A DNA stretch of 63,772 bases, filler included, from Basidioascus undulatus (Eukaryota): assembly GCA_000826855.1 (NCBI GenBank). It is 9 parts of 9 records of this genome, joined end to end, with 100 filler letters (N's around TTAATTAATTAA, not from the genome) between each part and the next. Parts side by side here need not be neighbours in the genome. Positions count along the whole stretch, not along the records: positions 14,355 to 39,959 come from JTLS01000210.1; positions 40,060 to 44,738 come from JTLS01002100.1; positions 44,839 to 49,510 come from JTLS01002101.1; positions 49,611 to 54,272 come from JTLS01002102.1; 5 more parts are not named here. The stretch is one strand, 5' to 3'. Positions 39,036 through 50,895 of the stretch are shown piece by piece. Below the pieces are notes generated by a model that worked only from the letters and a program-made list of their open reading frames with translations, did not search any database and was not told the DNA's origin. Every line of letters starts with the position of its first letter. The first letter of the stretch is position 1. The translations under genes were made by a program, and so were the position numbers.

Positions 39036-39959
39036 ATGGTCCAGCGGTCACGCACTCCGCCGGCGGGCTCCTCAACCGAGCGTTCCCCTCTTCTTACCCG
39101 TCGGCACACCACATCCTCCACGACCTCCACGGCCCCATCCATCCCCTCCTTGACGCCCTCGCAAAAGCGCGCGCATCCGATCCTCTCCTTCCTGCGCGGG
39201 CTACTCAGCCCCGTGCACCGCCTCCTCCCTCTCGCGTTCCTCTACTCCCTCGCGACGCTCTCCACCCTCCCGAGCACCATCGAGACCCTTCGAAGGATCG
39301 CGTGCTTGATTTACTACCGGAAGCAGGAGGGATGGAGGGCTGGTGTACTGGAGGAGGAGCGGTGCGATCGGACGGAGGTGGAGCGCTTGGCGGCGACTGT
39401 TGTGAGCGTGTATGGGGTGCTGAATAGCGTGATGAGTGCGTGGGCTGCTGTTCCCCTTGGACTTCGCATCGGGTTGGACTTGAGGAAACTAAGTGAGCCG
39501 GGTTTGGGGTACAGTCCTCGTCGCTATCGGACTCGCTTCCTCCGCTGCCGCACGCATAGGCCGCAAGCTCGTCGTGCTCGGCATCCTCACTTTCGCTTCC
39601 CTCTCCGTCCTCGCCCTCCCCGCAGCCAGTGCGTTCCCTCCCATCCCACCTCCCTCCGAGCTCACGTAACACGATCTCACTCTCCCCCTTCCCCCCCGGG
39701 TCCCCGCAGTAAAATCTGGCCAAGTAGCAGCAATCTGCCTCGTCATCGCTTTCACCATCACGCAGGCCCTCGGCGGGCAGGCGGTGTTTGCGCTCGTCGC
39801 TACTATGATGGTGACTGATTGGACGCGGACGCATGATCGGTGCGTCTTTCCCTTCCCCCTGTTCCTCCCCCACCTCTTCCTTTCTCCTCTTCCACCTCCT
39901 CCCACCACCTCCCTCAAACGCCCCAAACCCACCCGCGCCGCCCGCCGGCTGTCCAAACG
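39036..39959 (+). CDS. MFS transporter (SLC46-like), 3'-truncated
   Basis: TERSPLL sorting motif; TM1 followed by IACLIYY...RCDRTEVE; RIGRKLVVLGIL (motif A-like). Confidence 0.7.
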
Positions 39960-40059
39960 NNNNNNNNNNNNNNNNNNNNNNNNNNNNNNNNNNNNNNNNN
40001 NNNTTAATTAATTAANNNNNNNNNNNNNNNNNNNNNNNNNNNNNNNNNNNNNNNNNNNN

Positions 40060-41806
40060 CCAAGGTCGCCGCTGCCGGGCTGCTCGCGGACGACGACGAC
40101 GAAGAGCGGATGAAGCGCGAGCGGCAGCGCGCGCTCGAGCGCGCCACACTCCGCCACAAGGGCGGGAAGTGGGCGAAGGAGATGCGCGGGCGCCACGAGG
40201 GCGGGAGCGGCGAGGTCGCGCGCGAGATGCAGCGGATGGAGGAACTGGGCCGCAAGATCCGGGGCGTCCGTGAGGAGGGCGACGACTCGGACGGCGAGTA
40301 TGACCACGCGGACGACAGCGACGCGGACGACGACCGTATCCGCGCGTCGGCGTTCGACGAGCTCGCGAGGCTCGAGCAGGCCGACGACGTGCCCGAGGAG
40401 AAGAAGGGCAAGAACAAGCTCCTCGAGATGAAATTTATGCAGACCGCGATGGCGCGCCGGAAGCAGGAGGTCGAGGACGAGGCGGACGACTTCAGGAGGA
40501 TGCTCGAGGGCGGCGGAGCGCTGGACGAAGACCCCGCCGCGGCCTCGCTGGTTCGCGTAGGCGGGAACGTCGGGCGTGTGGTCGTTGGCGCTGGTGCTCC
40601 GGGCAACGTTCATCTGACCTTTCTCCCTTCCGCGGGCTTCAATGGATTCTGACGGCGTTCGCTCTTTCCAGGACCCCGACAAAGCTTCCCCTCCCTCCGT
40701 CGCGTCCTCCTCCACCGTCAAGTCCTCCTCAGCGCCCAACAGCAGCTTGTTCATCCCCGACTCCCTCTCCAACTCCCGTTCCACCGCGGCGGCCGCCGAT
40801 AACGACGCCTCTAACCCCTGGCTCGCGGTCGGCTCCTCCTCCGCGTCCGGCACCAAGCTCTCGAAGCGCAAGAACGTTGCTGTCTCGGGCAAGGACGCCT
40901 CGGCCGAGGCGAAATCGACTGAGGCGCTCAAGAAGCGCAAGCGCGAGACGGAGGACGGCCGGCGCGAGCGCGAGGACGAGGAGCGCGTCGACGTCGACCT
41001 CGCGCAGGCGCTGACGCTTGCGTCCGGCGCGAAGGGCAAGGGCAAGAAGAAGGCGCGCGTGGCGGCCGCGCCGGCTGGGGCGGACGAGGAGGGGAGCAGC
41101 GACGACGATGAGGTTGCTGGGGGCGTCAAGGCTTTCAAGCAGCGGGATCTCGTCGCGAAGGCGTTTGCGGGAGACGACGTTGTTCAGGTGCATTTGTCTT
41201 TGTCTATATGCGGCGATGATGGTCCTCACCGCTGGCCGTGTTATGCAGGACTTCGCCGAAGAGAAGCGGCAGGAGATCGAGCGCGATGCTCCGCAGGAAG
41301 AGGACACTACGCTCATCGGCTGGGTGCGTCTTCTCGGCTTATCTCACGCTCAGGCTTTATATTCTAACCCTGTCTTCGACGCGTTCGCAGGGATCTTGGG
41401 GCGGAAAGGGCGTGAAGCACTCGAAGAAGTACCTCGCGCAGCGCAAGGCGCGCAACACGCGCCAGGTCGCGGGAATCGACGCCGCGGCGCGCAAGGACGC
41501 GGGAAAGGCTCACGTCATCATCTCCGAGAAGCGCGAGAAGCACGCGGACAAGTACACGGTTAAGGACCTGCCGTTCCCGTACACGAGCAGGAAGCAGTAC
41601 GAGGACGCGCTGCAGAACCCCGTCGGCGACGAGTGGAACACCAAGCAGAGCAGGATGCGGATGACCGTGCCGAAGGTGCAGAAGAAGGTGCGCCCCTTTC
41701 TTCTCGTTGGTCGTCACCGTGGCACCACGGGGGCGTGGAACGCTAACGTGGGTTTGCTTGCATGCAGGTCGGCACGATCATCGAGCCTGTTACTCGGCTG
41801 TTCTGA
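40060..41806 (+). CDS. UTP14: U3 snoRNP / SSU processome protein Utp14, C-terminal part
   Basis: ERATLRHK..GKWAK; LLEMKFMQ; NPWL; QRDLVAKAFAGDDVV; GWGSWGGKG; HVIISEK..LPFPYTS..QYE..PVGDEWNT; GTIIEPV. Confidence 0.95.
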
Positions 41807-42199
41807 CGCATGGTGTCGCTCTTGCGTTCGTGTGCGAGAACTCCTCGATTTTGTCTTCTCTTCGGACACATTGCTTTTCTACTCCGCATACATCTTTTTG
41901 CATTTGTCGTGCTGGCTCTGTGCTCCATCGCGTGTGCGTGTCTCGAGGCGAAGGACTCTGCAGGCATGGCATAGCTCGGTGGAGCCTCGAGAAAGATTAC
42001 TGGAAAGGAGGAAAAATCTCAACGCGGAGCATACGAAGGCATGCAGTTCAACATGACACGGCAGCGAAAAAGCACACGCCTTATAAAGCCATCTAGTCCC
42101 TCAGCTCTTCAATCGTGGCGCAGCACCACAAGACCATTCTTTACATGCTACGGAACGATGCGAACAAGGAGAAGAAAAAGGTAAAAGAACCCCTTTCTG

Positions 42200-42976
42200 A
42201 ACTACGTCTGTGTGAGCTCAACAATCTCCTGCAACCGCATACCCGCCTTGGCCCGCCACTTCCCCAAGCACCCCATTGAGCCACTCCGCCCCCCCTCTTC
42301 ATCCTTGTTCAGGATCTCGACCCTGGTCTAAGCCTAGCCAGCTCTTCATACACCACCTGACGTACGCGATCGACTCCTCGTCGACGTCCTCGTAGTACTC
42401 TGGCATCCCGCCCCACTCGAGGAACCTCAACCTTTTCAAGCTCGGCACTTCGCTGCTCCAGTCCCAGTATGCCGGTTCCCATAGCCATTCCACCACCCAC
42501 CTTCCTCCACATTCGTGCAGACATCGAACACGTCAATCAGCGCGTTCTCCGCCATCGTCAATCCCATCAGGCTGAGCGCGGCCAGCTTAGGTTGCGGCTG
42601 CCCAGTCCGAGTGACGAGCCCTGTCCCAGCGGTACCAGCTGCCGCAAAACTCAACGCGCTCCAGTGCAGCAATGCATGCGGCGAAGGTAGCTCCTAGGCA
42701 GTCGACATCGGCGTCCTGGGAAAGGCTGAGGCTCGTGATATGGCGTCCGGGGTCAGGACGGAGGCGAAGGAGCTGGGCCAGGGGGACATAGCGGCTTCTC
42801 TAGTCTTCTATAGACGAGTTATCCCACCGGTCGCCCAGGCCGATGGTGCGGAAAGCGAAGGGGTCGGCGAGCGTCCGCCAGACCAGTCGGAGGGAGACGA
42901 GCTCCTTGGGAGTGAGGATGAGGGGCGTGTAGGAGAGGATCTCCTGCTCGATCTCGATGGGAAGTTTGAAAGACGG
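42200..42976 (-). pseudogene. F-box/LRR-type pseudogene
   Basis: F-box-like FKLPIEIEQEILSY..ELVSLRLVWRTLADPFAFRTIGL; in-frame TAG at 42800-42802; further frame breaks in the LRR-like tail (PKLAALSL, VPSLKRLRFL). Confidence 0.55.
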
Positions 42977-43469
42977 CTAGGAAAGAGCGATGCAGGACTG
43001 AGCACTTTGCTGTACGCGATGCGGTGCGAAACCATTGCAGGCTGCAACGACTTGCCATGGTGAATAGCAGTTAAGAAATCACGGCCGAGTGACTACAACC
43101 GCCGTTGATTGTTCTGACCTGGTTCGGGAGTGTAAAGTGTGAGGAGCGGAAGAAAAACGCGGAGGGTGGTAGAAGGCAAGAACTGGCCAGAACGGCTGAG
43201 CACGGCGAAAATATAAGTAAACGACACCAAGTAAACGACACCTCGTCGTGTAGTTGGTTGTGGTGTAGTTGGTTCCTCTGCTTGACATCAGATGAAAAGG
43301 TTATAGCGGCTTCAGCAGCAGGCGTGTACATCTGCTCAATTGAAGCTCATCATTCTGTCAATTTGCTGAACGCAAGACAGTGTGTGCATGGTGTTGCGTG
43401 TCCACTACTGCACAGCTTGCTCCATCAGAACACTTAGGATTTGCAGCATATCGAAAACTCAGCACAGCA

Positions 43470-44208
43470 ACACTACACTCCGCCATCCTCCTTCCGCTGC
43501 ATCCCTGCCCTTTCACTGGTTCCGTCGAGGCGCAACCCCTTGCCGTTTCTAAAGAGTAGATTCGGATTTGGTGTCAGCGATATGACTAACTCATTGGGAT
43601 CCTATTCGTACGTTTCGTTGATCACCAGTAGCTGTGGCGAGTGACGTCCACGGCCCAAGGGGTCTGTTGCGCATCCGAGCGAGCCCTCTGAACTCCAGCA
43701 ACGCCTTATTAAGAAGACGTCTATGATATCACTCATCATAGCCTTGAGAGCGTCAAGTAACTCGTCGGTGACTGTCACCGTGGGGGAGAGGCGGCAGGTC
43801 GGCAGCCTTCAAGTTGTGGAGGAACGCGAACTGCCCCTAGGATCCCAGTCCGGACCACGCTGTTCGCGTCGACCGCCACCCCTGAACGAGGACTGGCCGG
43901 TAGAATTTTTCTCGAGGGCGGAGAGGTGGGCCTCAAAGTCCTGGACGGTACGGCGAGCGGACGCCGACAGCGCGGCATTCTCCCGCTCGAGCACGGCGAC
44001 TCGATCCTCCAGCCGCTGAAGATGACCAGGCTGCGGGGTGACGGCGGATGCAGCGGCTTCGGCACATATTCGGGTAGGCTTGACGAGAGTTGTAAGGACT
44101 TTCGAGGTCTGTAGGGTGGGCTGAGGGGGTTGCTGGGGCTTGGACGGCGGGCCTGGGGGAGACGTGTTGGGGGGACGATCGGAAACGGGGTGCTTCTGTT
44201 GCAGCATA
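43470..44208 (-). pseudogene. Hypothetical coiled-coil protein interrupted by stops
   Basis: LQRLEDRVAVLERENAAL heptad; the frame continues past TGA at 43809 (ELLDALKAMMSDIIDVF). Confidence 0.3.
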
Positions 44209-44655
44209 GCGACGTGAAAAATGAGTGCTCGAAAAGAGATTTGGAGTGAGAGTAAGCTCTTATAGGGCGCGCAGAGGGTCTCATGTTGTGTGCGATAGCT
44301 GTCTCGACTCGGAAGCACGCTGGAAAGGCACGCACTCAAAACAAATGCGAGCTCCATGGTGGGCCTGCTCAGAACACAAAGGAGTGTGACCTTCAATGTC
44401 ACTTCTTTATCTTTCCCCTAAAAATCTACAGATCATGATACGCATGCGTCGTGACACAGTGACCACTCAATGCAGACGCTTGTCGCCGTGAAGCTCAGTC
44501 TCATGGCCTTCTTTGAATAGTAATATGTGATTGAATACCCGCAGTAATATCACCTTGCCTTCTCATTTCAAGTGTCTGATAACAAGTGCTGTGCACCCAG
44601 TGCGTCTGTGAGTGTGCTATCCAATATGTATGTCCGAGATGATAACATTACTAAC

Positions 44656-44737
44656 TCTTTGGTAGTATAGTGGCTAGTATATCCGCTTGTCATTCACAAT
44701 GGCGCGGGCGACCCGGGTTCAATTCCCGGCCAGAGAG
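44656..44737 (+). tRNA. tRNA-Asp(GTC) with 10-nt canonical intron (44693-44702)
   Basis: Acceptor stem TCTTTGG/CCAGAGA; D-arm TAGTATAGTGGCTAGTATA; anticodon arm TCCGC-TTGTCA[intron]C-GCGGG; T-arm CCGGG-TTCAATT-CCCGG; mature length 72 nt. Confidence 0.93.
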
Positions 44738-44838
44738 CNNNNNNNNNNNNNNNNNNNNNNNNNNNNNNNNNNNNNNNNNNNNTTAATTAATTAANNNNNN
44801 NNNNNNNNNNNNNNNNNNNNNNNNNNNNNNNNNNNNNN

Positions 44839-46168
44839 CGTGCCAGAAGATGGGGTACTCCGGTTCGGCGGACGGGTCGGGGACGGGGACGTGCAGGGGC
44901 AGGTCGTGAGAGGAGGGGATAAGGCGCAGGCACCGGAAGAGGTCGTCTGGGTGAGCAGGGCCAAGGGGTGTCAGTTAGAGTACATTTGAGAGGAACCACA
45001 ATATTTGAACAGTAGATAGAGTGTGAATATGGAAGAATAATGTAAGGAAAGAAGACGAACCGTAGAATTTCCACTGCCCCTTGTCGCTGATAAGCGGGAT
45101 GATTCCGCGCAGCCGCGCGAAGACGTTTTCGAAGCTCGCGAGCAGGGAGCGTAGCGGCGCGAGGACGAGGCGATGGAGGAGCGACGGGCGCGTTGAAGGG
45201 CGCGGGACGGGCGCGAGGGCGGAGTAGTGCGGGTATGCGCGCAGTACGGAGGGCGGCGGCTGGGCGCGGAGGATGATGTACCCTAGGCGTTTGAGGTTGG
45301 CGTAAACCTTTCGGACGCGCAATCGTATAAGCACGGAACAAGCGGGCAAAGCGTTATGGAGAAGGGAAGAAGGGGAGGAATGGCGTCTGGCCGCACCTGA
45401 TACCGCTCCAGCGTCAACCCCTCCTTCCCAATCATCTCCGCAAACGCCTGCTGGACGCTCATCACCGCCCTCCCCTGCACTTTGCTCTCCTCGCCCTCGC
45501 CAGGCCCACCCAGGCCCTGGAGCGTCCCCGCCTCGTCCTTGTAGCACAGCAGGCTCCCGCGCTCGATCAGGTAGAGCGCCTCCTCGGGGAGGAGGTCCAG
45601 CCGCGTTTCAGAGGCGACTTTCACGACGGGCGCGGCGGAGGAGGTGGAGAAGGAGAGGCGCTCGGGGACGGAGCGCACGGGGTGCCCGAGCGTGTTGAAG
45701 AGCGAGCCGCGCTGGACGAGGACGGTTGCGCGCGCGAGGGCGGAGGACCACAGGCCGATGGAGGTGTTTTTGCTGGGTAGACCGCACCCTCTTCAGCCGT
45801 TTGTTTCTGATGAGAATGAAGCGGTAAGTCCAACGCACCTCGACCCTTTACGCTCGCCCCGCAAAGCCCCAAACATGGCCTCCCTCGCCTCATTGAGCGC
45901 CTTCTCCTGGATCCTCAGTCCCGTAGGCTCGAACTCCTTCTCCCCTCTCTTCGGAATCGCGACGTCCGCGCCCTTCTTCCCACCAGCAAAAGCCCTGCCG
46001 ATTCATCTAATCAGTTTGTCTCTCTGCAGGGAAAGGGACAGAGAAGACGCACTTTGCGAAGACTGAGAGCTGCCGGTAGTCGGGCATCTCGTCCTCGCCG
46101 CCCGACTCGGAGGACGCATCGGCGTCGCGCGACGAGAGCGCGGTGGGTATTGAGAGTTGGTCGTCCAT
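44839..46168 (-). CDS. SEN54: tRNA-splicing endonuclease subunit Sen54, 3'-truncated
   Basis: DEMPDYR; IPKRGEKEFEP; RGSLFNTLG; LLPEEALYLIERGSL; MSVQQAFAEM; LERYQVYANLKRLGYIILR. Confidence 0.9.
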
Positions 46169-46584
46169 TTTGCTTGGGCACGATGAAGCGAAAGCGAAAG
46201 GAAATGCGGTGCGATGCCGGCCTGCGAAGGGAAGGGAAGTCCATCTTGCCTGGGCGTGGGAAAACGTGAAGGACTCGAAGATGGCGTGTCGCAGCGCCGA
46301 ATAAGAAGTACTCTGTTTGGTGCAACAGCCTGAGAGCGCGCGACATTAGGTACTTCAATTACTTATTTTGTAAAGAGAAGAATAGTGTTCGATGTATGCC
46401 CGAAAAAGAAGTATTTTGGGGACACAAGCTGGCAGTCCACGTCGCCGCGCCGCCGTGTCCGCACGCGTTCGCTCAAGCGCACAGCACCGAGCCCACTTCA
46501 ACTCTGACGCTCATCCTCCTCGAACCTCTTGCCTCGCAGCCCGCCTCTCCTCCCACACACACACCTTTTCACGCAACTCACACC

Positions 46585-47740
46585 ATGGCCGACCAACTGG
46601 TGCGTACACTCCCGTCCCCCACGCTCCTTCGCCTGGTGTCGATGGACGGGCGAGCCAAGGAGCGGGCGACTGACGCACTGGCTTCCCTTCTTCCTCCCGC
46701 TTCACCTGCCCCCAATTCGATGCGTGCGGCGTACCACCTCGCTCTCTCTCTTCTCTCACATGGCGCGATCTCCACTTCCTACCGCGATCCTCCAACCGAC
46801 CCCTTGCGATTTGTCCTCGTGTGCCTGGTCGGTACCCGAGAATAGACTGAGGGTGCGCAAACAAGCTTGTCTTCACGTCCGCACAAAGGCGCTGACATTG
46901 GCCCACCCTGCTTTCGCTATGCAGAGCAGATCTCCGGTTCGCCTGCAACCTCTGGCCTTACCGTGCGGCGGCAGCACGGCAAGCTCACGTTCGCCCTCCC
47001 ACCCCACAGAGTTCAAGGAGGCGTTCTCTCTCTTCGACAAGGGTGTGTCCCCTCCCCACTCACCGCCCATCATTCTCCCTCTCCGCTCACCCTTCCCCCT
47101 GCCCCCGCTCCGCAGATGGCGACGGGACGATCACGACCAAGGAGCTGGGGACGGTGATGCGCTCGCTGGGGCAGAACCCGACCGAGGCGGAGCTGCAGGA
47201 CATGATCAACGAGGTCGACGCGGACGGGAACGGGACGATCGACTTCCCCGAGTTCCTCACCATGATGGCGCGCAAGATGAAGGACACCGACAGCGAGGAG
47301 GAGATCAAGGAGGCGTTCAAGGTCTTTGACAAGGACGGCAACGGCTTCATCTCCGCCGCCGGTCAGTCCACGTTCCTTAGCGCTTTTGGAATGGAGGGAT
47401 GGGAGACAGGAGTCAGAGTGCGGATTGCTGAGAAGAGAGGTGGGGCCACAGAGCTCCGGCACGTCATGACCAACTTGGGCGAGAAGCTGTCCGAGTCCGA
47501 GGTCGACGAGATGATTCGGGAGGCGGACGTCGACGGCGACGGCCAGGTGCGTTTCCTCTTCCTATTAGACTTATTCTCCCTTCCCAGCGCTCTCTGACGG
47601 CCTTGCCCGCACTAGATCAACTACACCGAATTCGTCAACATGATGGTCCGTTCCCGCCGCTCCCCTCCCTCTCTCTCCCTTCCATACCCGGCCATTTCCC
47701 TAACCACGTCCTTTCCCTCCCCCCACAGATGGCCAAGTAA
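46585..47740 (+). CDS. CMD1: Calmodulin (149 aa, 8 exons)
   Basis: Exons 46585-46599, 46846-46852, 46925-46936, 47010-47042, 47116-47361, 47452-47546, 47616-47645 and 47729-47740 sum to 450 nt and give [26 protein letters not shown]...[13 protein letters not shown]. Confidence 0.98.
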
Positions 47741-48326
47741 ACCCGCCCTTCCCGCCCCTGTCCCGCCTCGTCTGCGTCTCCCGCTCAACCGTCATGTCCA
47801 CAACGATATACCTCGCTTCTTTCGTGTTCCCATTCTCTCTCGTTTCCTTTGCGCAATAACAAACAACCATCGTCTTGGGCCCCACGTACAACATAGCTCT
47901 CCGCCTTGCGTCTGCAATTTAAACTCGCTTTTGACTGATTCGTCCGTTGGCTTGGGGGTACGCATTGATGATCTGACGCTTCGATGGTCTCGCTGGTCTC
48001 AGGCTGATGCTCGGTGAGAGCCGAAAGAAGGCGGAGGGCAAAATGGTGGCTCCGGGTGTGTGGAATGGTTGAAAATATAAATGGTGAATGACTTCGGGAA
48101 TAGAAGCCGCTGCTGCCAACGGCTGCATGGGCGTCAAGGTCGCGAAGAAGGGGCAGGCTGAGTCTGCGTCATCGCCTTCGAACTGGTTTTGTTGACTCGC
48201 TGCACTCATTCTTCTCAATGAACCATCACCACCACGTTCGAGCTGCCTTCTTGGCTGTACTATAGCTCACCCTCTGTACTGACCCACTTCGATCTCACTC
48301 TCATCGAGCCTCGTTCAAGCACAATC

Positions 48327-49510
48327 ATGCCGCCTCGCTCGCCCCCGCCTCCACGGCCCACTCACTTTCTCTCGATCCCACTCGTCCGTCCCTCTGATCC
48401 TCCCTCCTTCTGCCTGCGTAAATCACGTACTGAGAAACCACACTGGGGCATGGTCCCCCCGCTCAACAGGGCCACCACCCCTCCCTCCACTCACCCCTAA
48501 CGACCCTGCACTCCGCGCTCTCCTCCTCGGACCCCCCCATCGCCGGGCTCGACCCGTCAATCATCATCCCCCCCGCGCGCGTGCACCTCACCCTGGGCGT
48601 GATGGCGCTCCACGCGCGCAGGCACCCTCCGCCTGTACCGGTGACAACGCAGGACCGCGTCCTGCACTCGCAGGAGCAGGCGCTGGAGATCCTCCGCGGC
48701 TTGAGGGGGCGGGTGCAGGATGTACTGCAGAGGAAAGATGGAGAAGGAGGAGGGGCGGGAGAGGAAGGGGTGAGGGTGAAGCTGGAGCAGCTCGGGTGGT
48801 TCCCGGAACGCGGGAGCCCGGAGAAGGCGAATGTTCTGTGGGCGGCGCCGAGGAAGGGCGAGGAGGGGAGGTTGCTGGAGGTTGCGAGTGAGTTGCGGGT
48901 TGGCTTTGAGGGGTGCGTTAGGGCCTGGATGGCACTGATGCTTGTGCGGGGCGGAGGACAGACCTCGTGAGACAGGCTTTCGTCGATGTGGGGATGATCA
49001 CCGAGAGGCGCCCGCTCACTGTCAGTCTGTTCTTCTTGAAGTCCTTCCCAGCTCTTACATATCCTTTTTTGCCTGCTCGGACTCGACTCGCTCTATTTAG
49101 CTGCACGCCACGCTCCTCAACACCGCCCACCGCAAGACGCCCCGCGCTCCTCCCGCCCCAGCACGCGCATCCACGTCCACCTCCACATCTCAGCACCCGC
49201 CCGCTCCGCCCGCCTGCGAGCCCGCCAAAATCGACCCCGATCGTAACGTCGATACAGCGCAAGCTCCACCCCTTCACCAGCCTCCGCCCCAGGCAGCCGC
49301 GCCGCCCAAGAAGAAGAAGCGCTGGAACAGCAAAAACAAGTTTGCACCGCGTGAGCCGTACTCGTTCACGGATGTCGTTCGCGCCCTCTCTTCTGCGGGG
49401 TTGACCTCTTCTACACTTCCGGTGCCGGACATTCCTCCGGATGCTTCAGGAGAAGCGCCTCCAGCACCAGAGGAAGGGCCCATTGGCCCCTCGGACGGCG
49501 ACGCTGCGCC
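48327..49510 (+). CDS. 2H phosphoesterase (AKAP7/ASCC1-like), 3'-truncated
   Basis: RPTHFLSIPL|GHHP; GLDPSIII..RVHLTLGVMAL (HxT 1); ANVLWAAP; RPLT|LHATLLNT (HxT 2). Confidence 0.8.
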
Positions 49511-49610
49511 NNNNNNNNNNNNNNNNNNNNNNNNNNNNNNNNNNNNNNNNNNNNTTAATTAATTAANNNNNNNNNNNNNNNNNNNNNNNNNNNNNNNNNN
49601 NNNNNNNNNN

Positions 49611-50895
49611 CTTCGGCAAGTTGAGAAGGGGACAGGAGTGGAGAAGGAAGGATGGGGGAAGGGGAATGGGGGAAGGAGGTAGGGGAAGGAAGGCGATCGG
49701 AAGGAGAAGGCACGCACGGAGCGTTCGTGAACGGCCCCATCGCGCCTGAGACGAAGCCGAGGACGAGGGTCTGGTACGAGGGGAGCTCGGTGCCGTTATA
49801 CTGGGGCTGGAGGCGGAAGAGGAGCTGCTTGATTTCTGTGTTTCCATCCCAGTATCCAACATTATCAGTCCCCTTCCACATCGAAGCAAAGAAGACAGCG
49901 GACCTTGGTATGCGGTGAAGTTGGCGGCTGTGGGTGCGGGGGCGTGAGCGGGGGTAGGAAAGAGGGTAAGAGGCAAAGAGGGAAGGAGGAGAGGAGGGGA
50001 AGAGGGGAGGATGAAAGGGCAAACGCACCCTGGTTCGTAGCTTGCCGCAGCGCAGTGAGCGCAACACCGCGGTACAGCGTCGAGATGCCCTCCTCCCGGA
50101 CGATCGTGAACATTGCGTGCGCGGCGTTGCGATACTGTCATCCGGCCCCCCGGGTGAGTGTGGGGCTCCGCATGCGGGGTCGAGGCGGAGGAAGCGGAGG
50201 AAGCGGGGGAAGGGAGGAAGATGGGGGGGAGGGAGAACGCACTTTGGGCACATCCAGCGGGTCCACCATCGAGTGTTGTTGGGACTGCAGGCGGATCTTG
50301 ACGACCTCCATCGGCGTCACGACCGCGACGGCCTCAGTCGTTCCGGCTCCCAGACCCGCTATACCCGCACAAACGCCCCACACACATCAGGATTCGAGAT
50401 TCACTCGGGACTTGGAGAGGGGAAGAGAGGATGGGAGGATGGACGCACCGAGGAAGACCTTGCCCGGCGAGACCTTCCCGTCCTTGTCCGCCATCCACGC
50501 CTTGTACTGCTCAAAGGAGGCAAAGCGGATGGCCATCTTGGGGACGATGCCAGTGATGACGGCGCCGAGACCCTTGTACAGACCGAAGATGGACTCGCGG
50601 GTGACGATCTGCTTGCCGGTCGCGTAGAAGCCTAGGGGCTTGAGCTGTTGGTCCGTCCATCGGTCCATCCGTCAGCTCCATGAGGGACGGGACAGGGACA
50701 AAAAGGGGAAGGAGGGGGAATGGCGGAAAGACGCACACCGCGAGCCGCACGCGACTTGGAGAGCTGCATGCGGACTTTGATGGTGTCGAGGGGATGGCAC
50801 ACGCAGGCTTCTGCGAGGCCTGCGACGCCGCCGGCCATAAGGTGGGTCGCGAGGGGCACCTTGGGCTTGCCGTTGCCGTTCTTGTTGTTGGACAT
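49611..50895 (-). CDS. SFC1: Mitochondrial succinate-fumarate carrier, 3'-truncated
   Basis: CHPLDTIKVRMQLS; GLYKGLGAVITGIVPKMAIRFASFE; VVTPMEVVKIRLQSQQHSMVDPLDVPKYRNAAHA; LTALRQATNQ. Confidence 0.92.

Noticed and set aside
14355..39959. The 25.6-kb segment as a 4679-bp contig carrying a ~21-kb foreign insertion
   Set aside because: Host-style genes at the two ends already exceed 4679 bp, splice signals are of the same type throughout, and I see no terminal repeats; name-order sorting explains the outlier.
28898..44208. In-frame stops as evidence of genetic-code reassignment or readthrough
   Set aside because: The stops are of mixed types and come with frameshifts, while intact genes end normally in TAA, TAG and TGA.
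44656..46168. Intron-containing tRNA directly beside the tRNA-splicing gene SEN54
   Set aside because: They are separated by an artificial linker between size-ordered contigs, so the adjacency is coincidental.
2952..47740. Apparent calcium/metal gene cluster (CCX, BSD2, copper-fist, TRP, C2 protein, calmodulin)
   Set aside because: The genes are spread over five unlinked contigs; only the TRP and C2 genes share one.
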